64,000 nt of DNA, taken from assembly GCA_965368975.1 (NCBI GenBank), contig CBDUPA010000012.1, positions 64,001-128,000 on the forward strand, in the 5' to 3' direction. Positions 62,901 to 64,000 of this stretch are shown here, piece by piece (position 1 is the first letter of the stretch; each line of letters starts with the position of its first letter). The stretch is from an uncultured bacterium. Its GTDB lineage: Bacteria; Acidobacteriota; Thermoanaerobaculia; Multivoradales; JAHZIX01. The notes beneath the pieces were generated by a model. It saw only the letters and a list, made by a program, of their open reading frames with translations, ran no database searches and was not told where the DNA came from. Made by a program: the position numbers and the translations under genes.

Positions 62901-63817
62901 TCAAAGAAGTGCATCGTCAACTAACCGTGCGCGACCAGATCATCAACTTCACCTCGCTGCTGAGCAGCAAGCATCCGCGCATCGATGAGAAGGGGGCTAC
63001 CTGCATCTTGCGTCGGCGCGGGCGCTACTATCTGCTGGATCCGACCCTCAGCAAGATACCCGATGAGCACGATCCTGGTTCGACCTTGTTGGGCGACGCC
63101 CTGGCCCGAGCCATCGAACGCTTGCCCGAGGTGCTCGATGCCGAGCGCGTGAACTTCAGCGAGTACCGGGATTCGCTGCACGGTGTACGCAATGGCATGG
63201 CCCCGTGGCTGCTGGGCAAGATCTGCAGGTTACCTTTCCAGTGGCGCCTGCAATACGAAGATTTGAGCAACCACTATGGGCATCAGCGTTCGATCGAGCA
63301 GCAAGAGATTCTGCGTGATCTGAAAAACTCCTACGAGAAGCTCAATGAAGCGCTGGACTCTCTGCTCGCGGAACTGCGCAATCGTCGACTCGAGAGTCGG
63401 ACCCGCAAGGAGGACTTCACGGTCTACGCTCGCCGCTTGACCGCCCAGCAGGCCAAGGATGCACTGGATCAGAGCATCAAGGTGCTGGCCAACTACAGCG
63501 AGGCCTGGAGCAAGGTCGAGGACAGCTCGCAGGTCCCGGATACCCCCGAGTCGTTCGTGGATCTCTTCCAGCCTCTGGACCATGGCAAGTTGCAGAGCAT
63601 GCTCGACAAGTTGCACAAGCCGATCCTTGATGACGATGATGACGATGAGGAAGGCGATGGCCCCGGCCCAGCCAAGCCCCCAGCGGAGCCGGTCAAGCGC
63701 CCAGCGGAGCCAGACAAGCCCTCAGCGGAGCCAGACAAAGACTCGGCGGAGCCAGACGAAGACTCTGCCACTGAAGAGCCTTCGGAACCAGATCCCACTG
63801 AAACCGAAGGGTCATGA
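59948..63817 (+). CDS. Large tubulin/FtsZ-like GTPase (Tubulin_2 / FtsZl-type) with helical C-terminus
   Basis: FVGMGGAG, GAGQIRIESR, SVAGGTGSG (tubulin signature loop), ANGYAALKE, PFDFLYLID; coiled-coil middle region and acidic Pro-rich tail. Confidence 0.88.
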   Translation: MARDRKLIVEELLTKPSGVCPMLFVGMGGAGCRMVERIAGHLRGRPDYKERFKDLVKFAMIDSNVNDLEGYREVANATFLISDFEKEEYANLASGKKFLEPQQYFTQWVPSDYRFRSGDTSGAGQIRIESRLGVYYQMKHKQFVPRFRSLLESLKSHENGHRRLDSDEIRIVLCYSVAGGTGSGCHLPVAYMLRDQADDLGKPTLIGVAVLPAVFEDKVGVNKDGVFANGYAALKETEHLMKLGAPDSRFFPEKGIEFHYNPADESKRTVHARPFDFLYLIDKPESFSVPEPVDAAADGLYLQFFSPLYGAQLSDYDNYTQYQRFLVPEDFEEGGIPGFSTFYGSYGCAVLLVPVPGLVEYCSQAAALALIRASFMGDIPADPMYEPLRIDSDRFYEVKERDDEDAQLFQAADIPSQPQKERRRRLFDRLFAKRVRLLAACEYRADRDGRFRGIFRHGHYLGTIPKLDGSAVMDMERFDEEAERERELVGGKLSVSIGGIILPALVGLPGDDPGLLQRAHQAIKNFKVDKPRRDMRVNELRARGDAWRTMLRDEGRQRLRDGYSDGTVQVPGMESLVQMDFLRREAGEVELAAKRYAVLSLLDAVDWEQAPEDEAESNFDVQEKKPTAKADDALIEHVINQARDLAFRDIRREFLSQLGELREALESIADEMRELEQGSTNLEREYGRRLERLQFQGEESANQYILDAEALQGEDNRRFWDFYFEDKIAALPELSLSNARVQQILSDTVIELSQRTGRSTSTSRLEKLFTALRKYAQDFLDKRIGGDRHSPDLERREGLTLSDALELEITYRALYRSYAEAIQGQGDKVIRRILSEYRALPDEKQIDFAEPKHQDYLRDKIKRVVQEKASLLCVYNHSRDQHGGVRPNHIFLAAIDENFKNSNIEQALKDADIDDLKWVSGSWHNAKEIVFYRAVLNVPLYTFGRLDQMKHHYESFRSLRRRSKVLHIDKNWEGDQLCDLDPGTLKEVHRQLTVRDQIINFTSLLSSKHPRIDEKGATCILRRRGRYYLLDPTLSKIPDEHDPGSTLLGDALARAIERLPEVLDAERVNFSEYRDSLHGVRNGMAPWLLGKICRLPFQWRLQYEDLSNHYGHQRSIEQQEILRDLKNSYEKLNEALDSLLAELRNRRLESRTRKEDFTVYARRLTAQQAKDALDQSIKVLANYSEAWSKVEDSSQVPDTPESFVDLFQPLDHGKLQSMLDKLHKPILDDDDDDEEGDGPGPAKPPAEPVKRPAEPDKPSAEPDKDSAEPDEDSATEEPSEPDPTETEGS
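63681..63770 (+). repeat. In-frame 21-bp tandem repeat (AEPDK-type)
   Basis: About 4 units starting (C/T)CAGCGGAGCC; encodes PAEPVKR-PAEPDKP-SAEPDKD-SAEPDED. Confidence 0.75.
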
Positions 63818-64000
63818 CCAACCTGGTGTATCCGGCTCCGGGTATCGTTGTGGGCGTTGGCCGCTTTGGGCTGGCGGTCCTCGAAAAGCTCGGCGAGGAT
63901 TGGCAACAGCTGAAGCTATCGGGGGCCGGGCCGTCGTGCGAGAACCTACGCCTGTTTTGGGTCCATCCAGAGCAGGACGACGAGGGCTGTTGGCGGGAAA
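63814..64000 (+). CDS. Partial gene, probable second (degenerate) tubulin-like protein
   Basis: ATGA overlap; MTNLVYPAPGIVVGVGRFGLAVLEKL resembles the tubulin N-terminal Rossmann strand-loop (hhhGhGxxG). Confidence 0.55.
   Translation, partial: MTNLVYPAPGIVVGVGRFGLAVLEKLGEDWQQLKLSGAGPSCENLRLFWVHPEQDDEGCWRE

Noticed and set aside
1-64000. tRNA, rRNA or IS transposase genes
   Set aside because: None recognised by eye; a covariance-model scan would be needed to exclude small RNAs.

Overview
This is a high-GC bacterial window. The gene set (SecF with a helix-hairpin-helix insert, a SpoIVB/S55 plus beta-propeller pair, a paralogous TPR family) suggests Acidobacteriota, but that is inference. In order: (1) 1-4077, a partial Lhr-type helicase. 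(2) About 4.1-25.7 kb, a ~21-kb tightly coupled minus-strand operon of 18 genes preceded by a LuxR-HTH gene; this is the best candidate for an undescribed system. It combines lipid-handling functions (ACP, degenerate SDR-acyltransferase fusion, active plus pseudo ABC1/UbiB kinases, patatin, catalytically dead GDSL/SGNH giant, DinB) with four internally amplified unknown modules: 3 tandem beta-barrel proteins, 3 copies of a ~100-aa 'RWPRQDR' domain, 3 amphipathic helical modules and 2 helical 'WHGxGRxLYF' proteins. It has no KS or adenylation enzyme. (3) A TIR-STAND-TPR (NLR-like) protein and an FHA-GGDEF protein. (4) Housekeeping genes (recN, tsaC, S55 peptidase, coaD, dusA) with GTAG-type REP/REPIN elements. 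(5) A small island with two divergent TPR paralogs, a PCD-like gene and an unannotated 32-aa ORF carrying a synonymously diverged RGSLIDPIG x2 repeat, a candidate peptide-receptor system. (6) folK, an FYDLN protein, lolA, tgt-yajC-secD-secF and a SirB1-like gene. (7) A minimal RiPP locus: a 40-aa Cys/Ser/Thr precursor plus split LanB, with no cyclase. (8) The start of a vWA plus tubulin/FtsZ-like operon. All calls come from reading motifs by eye; no database searches were run.
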